Assembly: GCA_965112735.1 (NCBI GenBank)
Contig: OZ218957.1
Coordinates: forward strand, 2,666,001-2,730,000
Direction of reading: 5' to 3'
DNA length: 64,000 nucleotides
DNA from: Phaeosaccion multiseriatum
Lineage: Eukaryota > Protista > Ochrophyta, other classes
In this document: piece after piece, positions 35,818 to 48,233 of the stretch
Layout of the letters: every line of letters starts with the position of its first letter
Position numbering within the stretch: position 1 is the stretch's first letter
Translations under genes and position numbers: made by a program
The notes under the pieces: model-generated
Database searches by the model: none
What the model saw: only the letters and a program-made list of their open reading frames with translations
What the model was told of the DNA's origin: nothing

Positions 35818-38800
35818 GCACACGCAGCTTCTCGATGAGGTAAAGGCCTCTACTCTGTCCACTCTTGTCGAGCGAGAAGAGGAGGAGCAGCGCCTCGAGG
35901 CAGAGCTTGAGGGGAGAGGGGAGGAGGTCAGAGGGCTCACGGCGGCACTGCAAGGGAGGGGACTGGCGTTGGCGCTCTGTCAGCAGAGGGGCAGGGACAG
36001 GTGCCTGCAGGTGAGAGTAGGGTTGAGGACGGAGGGAGGGTGGGAGGGAGGGGTAGACGTGTGCCCAGAGGTGGAGAGAAAGGGAGATGGAGGGGGTCGC
36101 CGCTCCGGCTGCGATGTTTGTTGCGTCTGTCTTCTCCGTATCATGACGTCACAAATGGATGGCAAACACGCACCCTCCCTCAACCTTTTTCCTTCCCCCC
36201 TCCACCCTCCCATCCCTCCACCCTCCACCCTCCCTATCTCCCTCCCTCCCTCCCTCCCTATCTCCCTCCCTTCCTCCCTACAGGCTAAGGTGTTTCAACA
36301 ATGGCGATGGTCTGTGGAGAAAAGCAAGAAGCGCCGCTCCGTGCTGGGGCGTGCACTACAGGCAAGGCAGAGGAGGAGACAGGGCGTGGAGCGATTGGCG
36401 TTTCAGAAATGGAGGCTTGTAAATAAAGAGAGCGAGGAGGAGGAGAAACGGGGATGGCAGCAGAGGGAGAGGCACTCACTGCACTTACGGGGGGCGAGGA
36501 GTGTGTCGAGGCTGCTGGGCAGGGCGAGGAAGAGGCGGCTCAATAAGGGGCTGATGCAGTTTCGGGCCGAGGTGGAGAGGTTTCAGAGGCGGAGCGGGGC
36601 GGTTCAGGTGCAGAAGGAGCGTATTCAGCTGCAGGAGCGAGCTGAGGAGGAGCGGATTCAGGGGCAGGAGGAGAGGATTCGGGAAAGGAGGAGGGGTGGG
36701 GCGTGGCTGGTGTACAGCGTACTTCTACGGCTGAGGGAGCGGCGACTGCGGCAGGGAATGGAGCGGTTGGTCATCCGCTGCTGGCAGGAGGGGCGGCGGA
36801 GGGAGGAGGAGGCGGAGAGGGACAGAGCCGGCAGGGAGAGGAGGAGGGAAAGGGGTGCGCACGTGATGGTGCGCGCACTAGCCCAGGTTGTCCGACGGCG
36901 GCGGGGAGAAGCTTTTGGGCGGATGGAGGCCTACGGGCGCGGGCAGGCGCGCCTGGAGGACAGAGCACTGGCACTCACGCGCAGGGTAAAGGTGCGTGGC
37001 TGGGGTGATGGGTGGCTGGGGTGGGCGTGCCTTGGCTGGGGTAGGTGGGTGCGTGCGTGGGTGCGTGGGAGAGTGAGTGGGTGGGTGGGTGGGGTTGATG
37101 GGGAGGGTGGTTGAGTGGGTGGGTGGGCGCCTGTGTAGAGGAGCCGTTTGTGTGTGCTTCTTTGGAACCTTCCTCACATACTACTATTTCCCTCTCACCT
37201 CCCCTCCCTCCTCTCACCTCAACTCCAGGCCCGCAGCGAACGTTCTTTGCTGCGGACCGTTCTCTCCCGGTGGGGCCGCTTCTCTGCCGGCCAGCGGAGG
37301 AGCTGTCTCCTCCTAGCCAGGCTCGTCGGTCGAGTGCACCGATCGACCCTCAGAGGCGCTCTGAGGCAGTGGAGAGGCAGGGCGAGCAGCCTCAGCAGAG
37401 CCGAAAAGGGGGAGCAAGAGGAGGAGGAGGCCAATGCGCTGAAACTGAAACTACAGCGGCAACAAGAGCTGCAGCAACAAGAGAAGGAGGCCAATGCTCT
37501 GGCACTGGCCAATGCCCACACACTGAACCTCAAACTACAGGCCCAGCAGGCGGGTCTGCTGCTGCTCTGCGGGGCGGTGCGACGCTTGGAGGCTGTCCGA
37601 CAGCAAAGGGACATAGCGAGGGCGTGGAAGGTGCTGCTGAGGGGTGTGCATGTGGGTGGTGGTGGTGGTGGTGGTGGTGGTGGTGGTGGTGGTGGTGGTG
37701 GTGGTGGTGGTGGTGGTGGTGGTGTGGATGTTGTGGACGGGCCTCGGCGGCGGTTGCTGCTGCAGGTGCTGGTCTGTGGGGGGTGGGACAGACTGCGCCG
37801 GAGGAGGCTGGCAGGGGCGCTGGGGGTGTGGAAGAGACACACGGACTCCGAGGTGAGGTAGTGAGGGAGGTACTTCATGATGCAGGGGATGGCAGTGGAT
37901 GGGGGGTGATGGGGGGGTGGGGAAGAGACAGGCTGTAAGAGGGCAGAAGTAGAGAGAGGAAGAGGGTAAGGGACGCGGGCGACCAGGAATGTGTTCATCC
38001 GCTGCAGCACCGCATCGGTCGATACCCCCCCTCTTCTTCCTTCTTCCAGCCCGCCTCTCCCACCCCCTGCATGCTTCCTTTCCCCCCGTTCTGTTGCAAC
38101 GTAACTTGTATGTGGACGTTAACGTGGAGTGAATATGTTGTAACTTGTATGTGGACGTTAACGTGGAGTGTATGTTACCGTTGTAACGTGGGGTGGCGCA
38201 GGCGTTCGAGGAGGTGTGCGAGGAGGTGGAGCAGCTCAGGGCGAGTCAGGACCTTATAACCCAACAGTTGGTGATACAGCAGCAGCAGCAGCACCAGCAG
38301 GAGTACTACCACCACCAGCAGCAGGTACGAAGCCCGTTCACCAGTCCCTCCCCCTCCCCCATTGGGGTGCGTCGCTCGCTCGGGCTCGAGGGAAGCGTCC
38401 GCGGACCTTCTCTTCGGGGGGCAGCAGTTGGTGATACAGACGACGACATATCTCTCCAGTCGCCGCACCACCGTCGGCGGCAGCCGCAACCTCAGCCGCA
38501 GCGGCAGTGGCAACAGTGGCAGGGGCAGAGGCAGGAACAGACCACGGGATCGCTACCTCGTACCTATCCGACACCGCAATTTGAGTTCCAGTTCCAGCCG
38601 GAAGGCCTGTGGCTTGAGCAAGGAGGAGCAGGAGGAGCGCTGGCCTCGCCTAATGGGGGGGATGCGCTTGCTGATGGCGGTGGTGTGGGGGGGGCTCAGT
38701 ATAGAGAGGAGGAGGAGGAGGAGGAGGAGGAGGAGGAGGAGGAGGAGTACGGGAGCCCTAGTCCGGCTTATTGGAGCCCTGTGAGTAGGGGGGGCTCCCG

Positions 38801-40064
38801 CAACATTAGTCCCACCCGCGCGAGAGCGGCAGGAGGAGGGAGAGGGGGAGGAGAAGAAAGAGGAAGAGGAAGAGGAGGAGGAGGTAGAGGCTCCCCACGT
38901 AGGGGTGCCTCACAGGCTCGAGACGACGACGACGAAGACAACCAACATCAGCATCAAGACCAAGAGAACCAACGAGCGGCTATAGCGCTGCTGCGGAGCG
39001 AATGGGTGGAGGAGCGCAACGAACAAGTGGCCCTCGTGATGGGAAGTGGAGCCGTGCGGCGGCAAGGGGAGAGAGCGATGAGGACAGCGCTAGAGGGTTG
39101 GAAGGCAGTCCACGGCGGGCGGAGGCGCGACAAGAGGAGCAACGACATTGAGGCGAGGGTCAAGAAGAGGCGGCAAGTTTCACACGCTCGTACGGCGTTG
39201 GATCGGTGGCTGGAGCGGAGTGAGCAGGCACGCCATCGTAGAGAGGTGGGGGAGTGGTTGGAGGAGTGGGGGAGGAGCAGACGGCTGAGGAGGGTGATGA
39301 GGGTGTGGAAAGGATGGGGGCGACGGGAGGTGGAGACCCGGCTGGCGTTGGGAGATTATGCGGCGAGACACGACTTTGGGGCGAGGGTGGCAGCGCTACG
39401 GGGGTGGTCGGGTCGTGTGAAGGCGAGGAGGGAGAGGCGGAGGGAGAAGGAGAGGGAGAGGGAAAGAGGGGAGGAGAGCACGAGGAGGGCGGTGGGGGGC
39501 TTGGCGACGCTCGTGAGAATAAGGAGGGCAAGGGGGAGGTATGAGGGTGTGTGTGGGAGCGTGCGCGAGGCGTGGGTCATCTGGAGGCTGGCCACGGTGG
39601 ACGCTCGGCCTGGGGGGATGGCAGTCCAAGGGGCGCATGGAGGGGCGAGAGGTGATGATGACGACGATGATAGTGCGGATGCTGATGAAGAGGGGGGGAG
39701 GGAGAGGAAGGGGGGCAGGGAGGGGGGCACTAGGAGAGAGGATGAAAGGTCTTCGGAGGGGCACTCCTCTGAGCGGAGGGGGAGTCACAGCCGCAGCTCG
39801 GGAGGAGGAGGTCGTGCGGCAGTTGGTGATGCAGGTATAGCAGGAGCCGCCAAGTGGGGGCTGCAGCAGCAGGAGGAGGAGGAGGAGCAGCAGCAACAGG
39901 GGGAAGAGGAAGAGCAGAAGGAGGTAAGGAGGAGGAGCGAGGCGCTGACCACATTCGCTGAGGTGAGCGTACAGACAACAGCGGCGCAGACACCGGCACC
40001 GGCAGGAATACAAGCAGCAGCCTCCTCCCTGCAGCCGCACAAAGGACCACAAAGGTTGGTGATA

Positions 40065-40095
<31 letters not shown>

Positions 40096-43000
40096 GGGAG
40101 GAGGAGGAGAGGAGACGTTGCATCGCTGACTCACTCGTCCAGGCCATGCTTCGGGGCATGGAAAGGGCGGTGCGCGAGGAGGCAGGGGGGAGGGGGGAGG
40201 GTGAGGATGCTGGTGACGAGTACTATGGTGATGAGCGTGTTGGTCATGTTGGTGATACTCATCATCATGTTGGTGATGGTGATGGGGAGGAGGAGGAGGA
40301 GGAGGAGGGGGAGGCTACGACCCTTGTGGGCATGTCTGTGGTGTCTGACTCGGCCGTAGAGGACCGTCTGAGCCATCTTCTGAGCCGCAGTCACAGCCTT
40401 GCTTCTTCTTCTTCTTCTTCTCCTTCTTCCCCTGGGTGGGGGAGGAACCGAGGAGAAGGAAAAGGAGGAGGGGGAGGAGGAGGAGGAGGAAGAGGAAGAG
40501 GAGGAGGAGGAGGAGGAGGAGGAGGAGGAGGAGGAGGAGGAGGAGGAGGAGGGGCGAAGCAGGCGAAGCTGGGCACGAAGAGGAGGAAGGGGAGTAGGGC
40601 TAGTGGGACAGATACCGGTGTCAGGACCAATGGTGGGAGTATGGGTTTCAGTGCGGTGAATGTGAATGATGCTCTAGCGGGGCTGCTGAGCTCTGGCCCC
40701 GGCTCGGGCTCGTTGGGAGGGTCGCTGGCGGGTGAGCTTGCCCAGCGGATGGGCTGCGAAGGAGTAGGGGTGCTGCAGGTGCGAGTGCGAGTAGCAGGGA
40801 CAGCAGTTGGTGATACAGCAGCATTGCATGGATCAGGGGCAGCAGCAGGGGCAGTAGGGGGGGCACCTGCCGCTGAAGCTTCCGTGTCGGGCAGCGTTCG
40901 AGGAAGAAGGTGAGGGAGGGAGTGAAAGAGTGGGGGAGTGAGTGGGGGGTTGAAGGAGTCAGTGAGTGCACGAGTGATTTTGAAAGAGTGAGGGAGAGAG
41001 TGAGTGAGTGAAAAAGGGAGGAACGAAGAGCGTGAGAGTGAGTGCGTTTGTGAGTGAAAGAAAGAGGGAGGGGATGAGTGGGTGAGTGCGTGCATGAGTG
41101 AGTGCGTGAGTGTGTGTGTGTGCTTTAGCACCCAGAGAGCCGGGCACTACCGAAACAGGACATCGAAGGAACACAAAGAAAGGAGAAGGACATTTCCCCT
41201 CTCTCTCCCTCCCGACAAGACTGACTGATTGTGCTGCTGTGTCTGCCGCACCCGTGCCCGCCTAACGCGTGCCAATATGCCTCTAACACCTGCTTTAAAC
41301 AACGGCTCATACAGTGGGCAAGTGTTGGATGGGCCGTCCGTGAGGAGGGCGGCGGTCTCAGCCGTTACAGAAAACGGACCCAGGGCAGGGCATGGGTACG
41401 TGTGCGTACCTATCTGGTCCACAGAGGAACAGCCGCGGCAGGAGGAGGAGGATGACGACGATGACGATGACGACGAGGAGGAGGAGGCTGGGGTGGGCGC
41501 AAGCAGCAGCACCACTGCCGTCCGTGTGACGTCTGTCCTGGTGGCCATCAGTAACATCAGCAGCAGCAGTAGCGGTAGCAGCAGGCCTGACACCAGCAGT
41601 ACCAGCCATGTGGGGAGCGGCGGCAGTCATATGGGCACCGCGGTAGTCGGTGCTGGCGACGACGTGGGCGGAAACTTCTCCGTGGCGGATGTGGAGCTGC
41701 TCCAGCACGTGGCGGGGCTTGTGGGCGTGGCGGCGGCGGCGGTGGAGGGGGCTCCTCGCTTGGTGGAGGACCAACTCGCTTACTCGGTTGGAGGGGAGGG
41801 AGGGGGGCGGGAGGGAGAGGCCTCGTCTAGAGAAGGATGGGACGCAGGAGGATCTTCTCGAGGAGGAGGGCAGCCGCTTGTCTCGGAAGGCACAGAGAAG
41901 GAGGGCAGGGAGGAGGAGAAGGAGGAGGAGGAACCGCTCTGGGCAGCAAGGAGAAGCGGTCTTGCTGACAGTGGACACAAGGTTCGTAATTGTAACACTT
42001 GAGGCGAGAGAGGACAGAGGGGTGGGACGGGAGAGAGAGGGGCTTGCGAGGTTTGGTCAGGGTATGCCTTACTTCCCTTACACCATGATGTATGAGAGCG
42101 AGAGAGAGAGAGAGGGAGAGGAGGGGGGGGGGGCTGAGAGAGAGAGACAGATAGACAGACAGACAGAGAGGAGGCGAGAGACTAAGAGAGAGAAGGAGAG
42201 AAAGAGGGAGGGAGATGTAGGGACAGACCCTTGCACAGCATGACGTCACTCACCTGCTCTTGAGCGCGCAGTAGAGACGCGATACCAAGCACACTTCCTC
42301 TGACCCAACCCCCCTCGCCCTGCTCCTGCTTCTGCTACTCTGTGCCTATCCATACGCCTCTACGCTTGCTCTGTCCCGTCCCCTTGGTGGAAACGCTCTT
42401 CTTCTTCTTCTTCTTCTTCTTCTTCTTCTTCTTCTTCTTTGCTTTGTTTCCGACTCAGGAGCAGCAAGTGGTCAGCCCCATCCCAAGGGGTGTGCCCACG
42501 ACCCCCCCGGAAACGTCTTCTCGACGCTTCCTGCCCACCACCCCCTTCTCCTCCTCCTCTGCTGCCGCGGCCGCATTTCCTCAGTCGGGCGAGGAGTTGC
42601 AGCCGAGTCGGCGGAAGCAGCAGCAGCGGCAGCGGCAGGATGAGGATGGCGAGGGTTACCGAGTCGAGGAGGAGGAGGAGGAGGAGGAGGAGGAGGAGTA
42701 TCTGAGACTGGAGAGGGAGAGGGAGAGAGAGAGGGCGAGGCTGGAGCAGCAGAGGCAGCGGCAGGAGGAGGCCCTCAGGGAGGAGCTGGAGGCAAGGCTG
42801 CAAGGTGCGCCCAGTACGGGACCCAAGGGGGGGGTGGTTGAGTGGGGTGGGGTGGGGTGGGGTGGGTGTGGTCAGGGCGCATCATACACCCCATTGGACA
42901 GTTTTCTTGCCGAATTTCACGCCCTCTGCTGTATCACCAACTGCTGCTGCTGTTGCTCGCCTTGCCCTCCCCTACCCCCACCCCCCCTGTTCTGTGCTGT

Positions 43001-44101
43001 GCTGTCCTGTCCCATAGAGAGTGAAGAACGACTCCGACGCTCAGAAGCGCATCTGCGGCAGTACGAGCAGCAGCAGCAGCAGCAGCAGCAGGAGTTGTTG
43101 ATACAGCAGCAACAGCAGCAGGAGTTGTTGATGCAGCAGCAGCAGCAGTGGCGACGGCGGCAGATGTCCAGCAGTAGCATAGGCAGTAGCGGCAGCAGCA
43201 GCGGCAGCAACAGCGACTTTCCCGAGAGGATAGAGACAGGGCAACAAGACGGTGCCGGTGGGGCAGAGGCGGAAGCGGAGGCGGAGGCGGAGCGGGAAGA
43301 AGAGGTGCGGCGCCTGCAGAGCGAGCTCGAGGCAGAGAGCGCACGGGGGCTGGCCCTGACCCAGGCAATGGAGCAGCTCTCCAGGTGAGACAGAGGAGAG
43401 AGGGGAGGAGAGGTAGCACAGGAGCCCCGCTGCCCTTCCCTCGCTACACCCGCTGTGACGCCCGCCCACTCTTTGCGCCCTTTCCAAAGCCGTTGCATGT
43501 GCCAAACCAAGCACTATGGTGGGTGTGGTGAGCACTCGCTGTGAACCAAACTACACTGATCCCTCCCCTGCCCGTTTCTGTAGCCTTTTCGTAGAACTAA
43601 CGTGTGTGCTTGTCTGATCCTGGCCCCCGCGTGTACCTTGGAACTAACGTGTACGTGTGTGCATATGTCTGCCTCTGCCCCGCCTGTATCGGCCCCACAG
43701 CGAGCACTCCAGACTGCTAGCGGCGTACAATACGCTGCGGGTGCGCAACGAGGACCTCCGGCGGAGAGTCAGGGCGGTCATGGGGGGTGTGCAGGTGGGT
43801 AGTAGTAGAGGCATATGGGTGGGGGGTTGGAGTAGAGGCGCATGGGTGCGTTTCGTGCCCTCTGCTGCCCTCTGTGCTCTTCTCTCTGGCCTCCGCCCTC
43901 TGCTGCCATCTGCCCTTTCTCTTGCCTCTGCCCTCTGCTGCCATCTGCCAGCCCTCTGTGCTCTACTCACGAAACTTTCGCCGACCTGTGTGTGTGTGTG
44001 TGTGTGTGCGTGCGTGTGCGAAGGGTCTGGCTGCCCTGGAGGTGCGGGAGGTGGAGAGTCTTCTTGGGAGCGGGCACCGGGGCCGGAGCACGGGCAGCTG
44101 A
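26508..44101 (+). CDS. Giant (about 4,000 aa) 19-exon protein: coiled coil, four GAF-like domains, Sfi1-like Trp repeats, a fifth GAF-like domain, coiled coil
   Basis: All 18 GT-AG introns join in compatible phase from ATG 26508 to TGA 44101. GAF hallmarks: AEAAVVYLLDRAGDRLW, AIVQVLNK..FTPADE, DAYRDTRFSPALDS..TTSLLCVPV..VGVLAFVNK..FSGTD, VCIPIVSQDGKEVLAVLQL, YVCVPI..FSVADVELL. Repeats such as LAFQKWR, VFQQWR, ALRQWR, ALEGWK, ALDRWL and VMRVWK. Confidence 0.72.
38096..38175. repeat. Intronic tandem duplication, unit about 39 bp (GTAACTTGTATGTGGACGTTAACGTGGAGTG...)
   Basis: Two near-identical copies are visible. Confidence 0.85.
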
Positions 44102-44196
44102 GCTCAATCCCCTGGGTGTGCTATCGAACTCGCACCTTCGATTGAGATAATCAGATAATCAGCCATTGTCAAGTTATGCGAAAATTATGGCACCAC

Positions 44197-44291
44197 TTTC
44201 ATGCTACAGAAACGGATGCCTTCCTCCGCTTTTTTCTTTTTTGCCGTTTCATGCTACAGATGCCTTCCTCCGCTTTTTTGCCGTTTCATGC
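44197..44291. repeat. Intergenic tandem repeat (TTTCATGCTACAGA..TGCCTTCCTCCGCTTTTTT..GCCG), about 2.3 copies
   Basis: Directly visible. Confidence 0.8.
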
Positions 44292-44460
44292 GTTACGGAA
44301 TCTGTTGCTTTCCGGGAAGGGAAGGCGTTTCATGCGAAATAACCACTTGCCCCACTTAAGTGCTGTTTTCGTGCCGCGCGAACAAACTCTTCCCCTCCAT
44401 CCTCACTTTCCTTAGTTCACTGTCAAGCCGTCTCTTCTCAGCAACAACCAGACAAACATC

Positions 44461-45213
44461 ATGGCATCCGTCGGCGACGATGCGTGGACGGAGTTCCTGA
44501 AGCAGCACCATGCCATAATGCAGTCGCAGAACACGACCGCAGTAGATGCGCTGAGTGGTGGAGATGATGATGATAGCTCAAGCGGCTTTTTAGTATGCCT
44601 TGGACCTGCCTTTGCTTGTGCTTTTGACACTGACTGCTCCGCTTGTTTCGGGGATGATGATGATGATGATGATGATGGGCAGCAGGGTGCCACAAACTCT
44701 ACCTCGACCGGGGATGATGATGACGACTTCTCGATTACCTGCGGGTCTAATGGGTGAGTGATGGGTTCGCCTGTGCTTCACCCCTCCACACCAGAACGCG
44801 CCCTTCTTCCTGCTACTTGTCCCCCGCCGGCCCCTCCGGCCATCCCCACTAGAAAGTCCACTCCACACGCCCCGTCCGCCCACCCCCGCCTACCTAGCGA
44901 GAGAAGCCTCTAACTGCTCTCCTCGGTCGTGCCTGCCTATTGCCTGCCCCTCCTCCATCTTGCACTGCTCAACAGTGCGGTGAGCGCGGAAGGCGTCTGC
45001 GATTTGCTGTCCGAAGACTTGACCTCGGCCTGCAAGGAAAACGACCTCCTCCTGGAGTACTTTGACTGCTTTGTCAACGTACAATGCGGCGAGGATGACG
45101 CGTGCTCCTCTGCGGGGTCCAGTCTGCCTCCCCTCACGCACATGTCCACCCTCGCGCCTGCCCTGCTCGTGGGCCTTCTCTTCTGCAAGGGGCTCATCTT
45201 CCGCGGCGTTTAG
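44461..45213 (+). CDS. Small Cys- and Asp-rich protein with a hydrophobic C-terminus (GPI-signal-like), two exons
   Basis: CLGPAFACAFDTDCSACF..ITCGSNG / AVSAEGVCDLL..CKENDLLLEYFDCFVNVQC..CSSAGS..LAPALLVGLLF, joined by a phase-2 GT-AG intron. Confidence 0.7.
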
Positions 45214-45833
45214 GGCGGGGGTAGGGTCGTCTGGCCTGGCTGCGGCGGCTTCAAGCGTCAAGAAGATCGGTTTCTCTCCCTCTTTCTCGGATACCACCGG
45301 ACGGCATGGAGCAGACACGACGGATTGAGGCCCTGCCGCTCTCGGCCAGTCCGGGGCAGTACCAACTCTCAGGCCTGCTGAGGAGGCAGAGGTAGTGATA
45401 CGCTCTCGCTGAGGGAGTAGGGAGTGGAACAGCGATGGAGGAGCTGGCCTGAGCCGGAGGCTTCCTGCCCGGACTTTGTGCTTGGCCAGAACCCCACGCA
45501 TGGCTCTAGTCGGTGCTTCCAGCTGACACTCTTCGTGATACTCGCTGCTTGGGGTCGAGTCAGTAGTAGCTACTGCCGTGGCGTGAGAACGTACACGAGA
45601 TACAAATAAATATTATATATCTACTAAATATATTTATATATTTAGAAGGAACAAAACCAATAGAACAATGAGATCGATACAGCTCCCTTTTCAGTTGAGG
45701 GTGAACTATAATAAGCTCCGACCTCAACGAAGGGAGGAGAGGAGGAACCGTCTTCACTTGACTGAAGTGCCAAACCAGTCAGCACTCCCAGATCCTTGTC
45801 CATTCGCCAAAGGCGACGCACCACTTGCTAGCG

Positions 45834-46176
45834 CTAGGCTAAGAAAGAAGCACATACATCTTCCAGGTTGTCGATTTGGGCGTCAGGGGCGGTAGCAACG
45901 AAGGGGTGCCGGTGCTGATACCATTGCTGCTGCTGCTGCTGCTGCTGGTGGTGCTGCTGCTGCAGTTGGTAGTGAAGCGGCGGCTGCTGCTGCTGCTGCT
46001 GCTGCTGGTGGCGGTACAATTCCTGCTGGAGCTCGTATTGCTGCAGCTCCTCCTGGAGCCCGTGTGGTTGGAGCTGATGCGCACACGCCCAGAGGGATTG
46101 CAAATCGAATAATGTGAGGGTTGCATCTGCCCCTGCTTGTTGTTGTTGTTGTTGTTGGTGCTGTTGTCGGTGTTGG

Positions 46177-46242
<66 letters not shown>

Positions 46243-47881
46243 GGTTGTTGTTGCTGCTGCTGCTGCTGTATCACAAACTGCTGCTCCAGCTGCTCCTGGT
46301 GCTGATGTTGCTGTTGCACCACCAACTCCTGCTGCCCCTGCTCCTGGTGCTGCTGTATCGATTGCTGCTGTTCCTGCTGCCGCGTCTGCTTCTGCTTCTG
46401 CTCCTCCTCCTCCTCCTCCTCCTCCTCCTCCTCCTCCTCTTCCTCCTCCTCCTCCTCCTCCTCCTCCTCCTCCTCCTCCTCCTGCTCCTCCTCCTCCTCC
46501 TCCTCCTCCTGCTGCTGCTGCTTCTGCTTCCTTGTGGCGTGACCAGTCGTCTTGGTGGCATTGCTACCGCTGGCGCTGCGGCTCTTCGTCGTGGCGCGCT
46601 TGTGTCCGGCGCTGTTGTATCTGTTCTTGAGGGCCGTTTCGCTGCGGCAGGCAAAGAGCTTCTTGATGGACTTCCACGAGCCGAGGAGGGACGAGTGCGC
46701 CTCTTCAAGGAGCTGCGAGGAGCGAGGAGGAGGAGGAGGGGGAGGAGGAGGAGGAGGAGGAGGAGGAGGAGGAGGAGGGAGGGGGGGGGGGTAGGAAGAC
46801 AACGCCAAGAGACGAGTGAGTTCAGCGTTTCAAACCCGCGCGCACAGCAAAAGACTCAGGCAGGCCACTCTCTCTCACTTGGACCTCACTGCGCTCGGAG
46901 GCGGCTGGCCTTGCCTGCGCTTCCGTCTGCAGGCCGCGGCAATCACACCTACCTCGTCTTCCTCCTGGGTCCACTCTCCGTGCTTGAGGCAGGGGTCGAG
47001 GTGATTCTCCCACCTCTCTCGCAGCTGCTTGTGCGTTCTTGTCCCGCCCAGGGCTTGCGAGACGAGTCCCCAGTCGTCCACGCCACGTTCCATGCTGCAC
47101 AAGAGGGACGGAGGGAGGGAGGAGAATGTCGCATGGGGCGTGGGAGCCATTGTCAATGCCAAGCGTAGATAGATGTGGGAGGAGGGACGCAGGACGCAGG
47201 GGAAGGACAAGCTTCTAAGGGGGGACTGTGGAGTAGGCCACTCTTCATGCCAGACTGCCCCCCCCGCCATCTTGGCGTTCTGGGAGTCGCAGGGGGTCAC
47301 AGGCGGCGAACTGCTCAGCATTGTCTCTCTCAGCATCACAAGGACCTCTTCTGCTTGCAGAGAGCACACGGAGCGTCCGCGCCATGCGCCATCCTCTTCT
47401 CTACCTCGCTCGCTCACCAGTCTTTAATGCATTGATCTTCCGGCTCCGTGAAGGGCCCTTTGACGAGACCCTTGCTGAGCGTGGTGTTCCACCTCATGCG
47501 ACACTCAGCCGCGGTTCGACTTCCCACACGTGCCGCCCCTGCTCCTCGCTCCGCCACGCTTTTGCGCAGGGCTACGTCCTCAGCCTTGGTCCACCTATTG
47601 CCGAAGTTCACCGCACCTCCAGTGTGCGCGCTTGCCCGGCGTCGTCCGCCTCGTCTCGCCGCCTTCTGCCCCACTGCTGACTTGGCTTTGGCGGCCTTCG
47701 CCTTGCACTGTCGGCCAAGCAGGGCCCGCGCCCGCGCGCGCTTGCCCCCCGCCGAGGCTCCTTCAAATTCCGTCGAGCCGGGGCTCGAGGCGGCAGCAGA
47801 GACAGCAGGAGAGACAACAGCATCACCATCTTCCTCTCCAATAGCTCTGTGTCCCTCTCTGGCTGCTTGTCCGTCCTCCAT
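45834..47881 (-). CDS. Three-repeat Myb (R1R2R3-type) transcription factor with poly-Glu/poly-Gln tail
   Basis: NRWTKAED..RTAAECRMRWNTTL; KGPFTEPED..DWGLVSQAL..RTHKQLRERWENHLDP; HGEWTQEEDE / LLEEAH..GSWKSI..RSETALKNRYN. Three exons in phase. Confidence 0.9.
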
Positions 47882-47956
47882 AGTGGTGCTGTCACGGAAA
47901 GGCGCTTATGTTCTGGCATGGCCTCCATGAGTAGGTCCATCTTATCAGGACCCACG

Positions 47957-48056
47957 GGCGTTAAGAGCGACCACCAATGGCAAGACCCACCACCAAGGCC
48001 AAGTCCGGCGTTAAGAGCGACCACCAATGGCAAAAACCCACCAAGGCCCAAGTGGT
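47957..48056. repeat. Tandem duplication of about 50 bp upstream of the Myb start
   Basis: GGCGTTAAGAGCGACCACCAATGGCAA..CCACCAAGGCC occurs twice. Confidence 0.85.
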
Positions 48057-48233
48057 CCCAGGTCTCCCCCCAAAAACGTAAGTCAACGATTCGTATCCCT
48101 CCATCATATTTCCGTTACTCGCTGTCTTCCTCTACATTTTGCATTCTCTCTTCCTCCCTCCGTTATCCCTCTTCCTGCTTGGACAGTGTAAAGCGACCAC
48201 AGTACCCTCAATGCAGGAGGGACCCGTCGTCGA

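Noticed and set aside
46137-47168. 343-aa poly-Leu ORF resembling a membrane protein
   Set aside because: Antisense reading of the Myb poly-Gln/poly-Glu codons.
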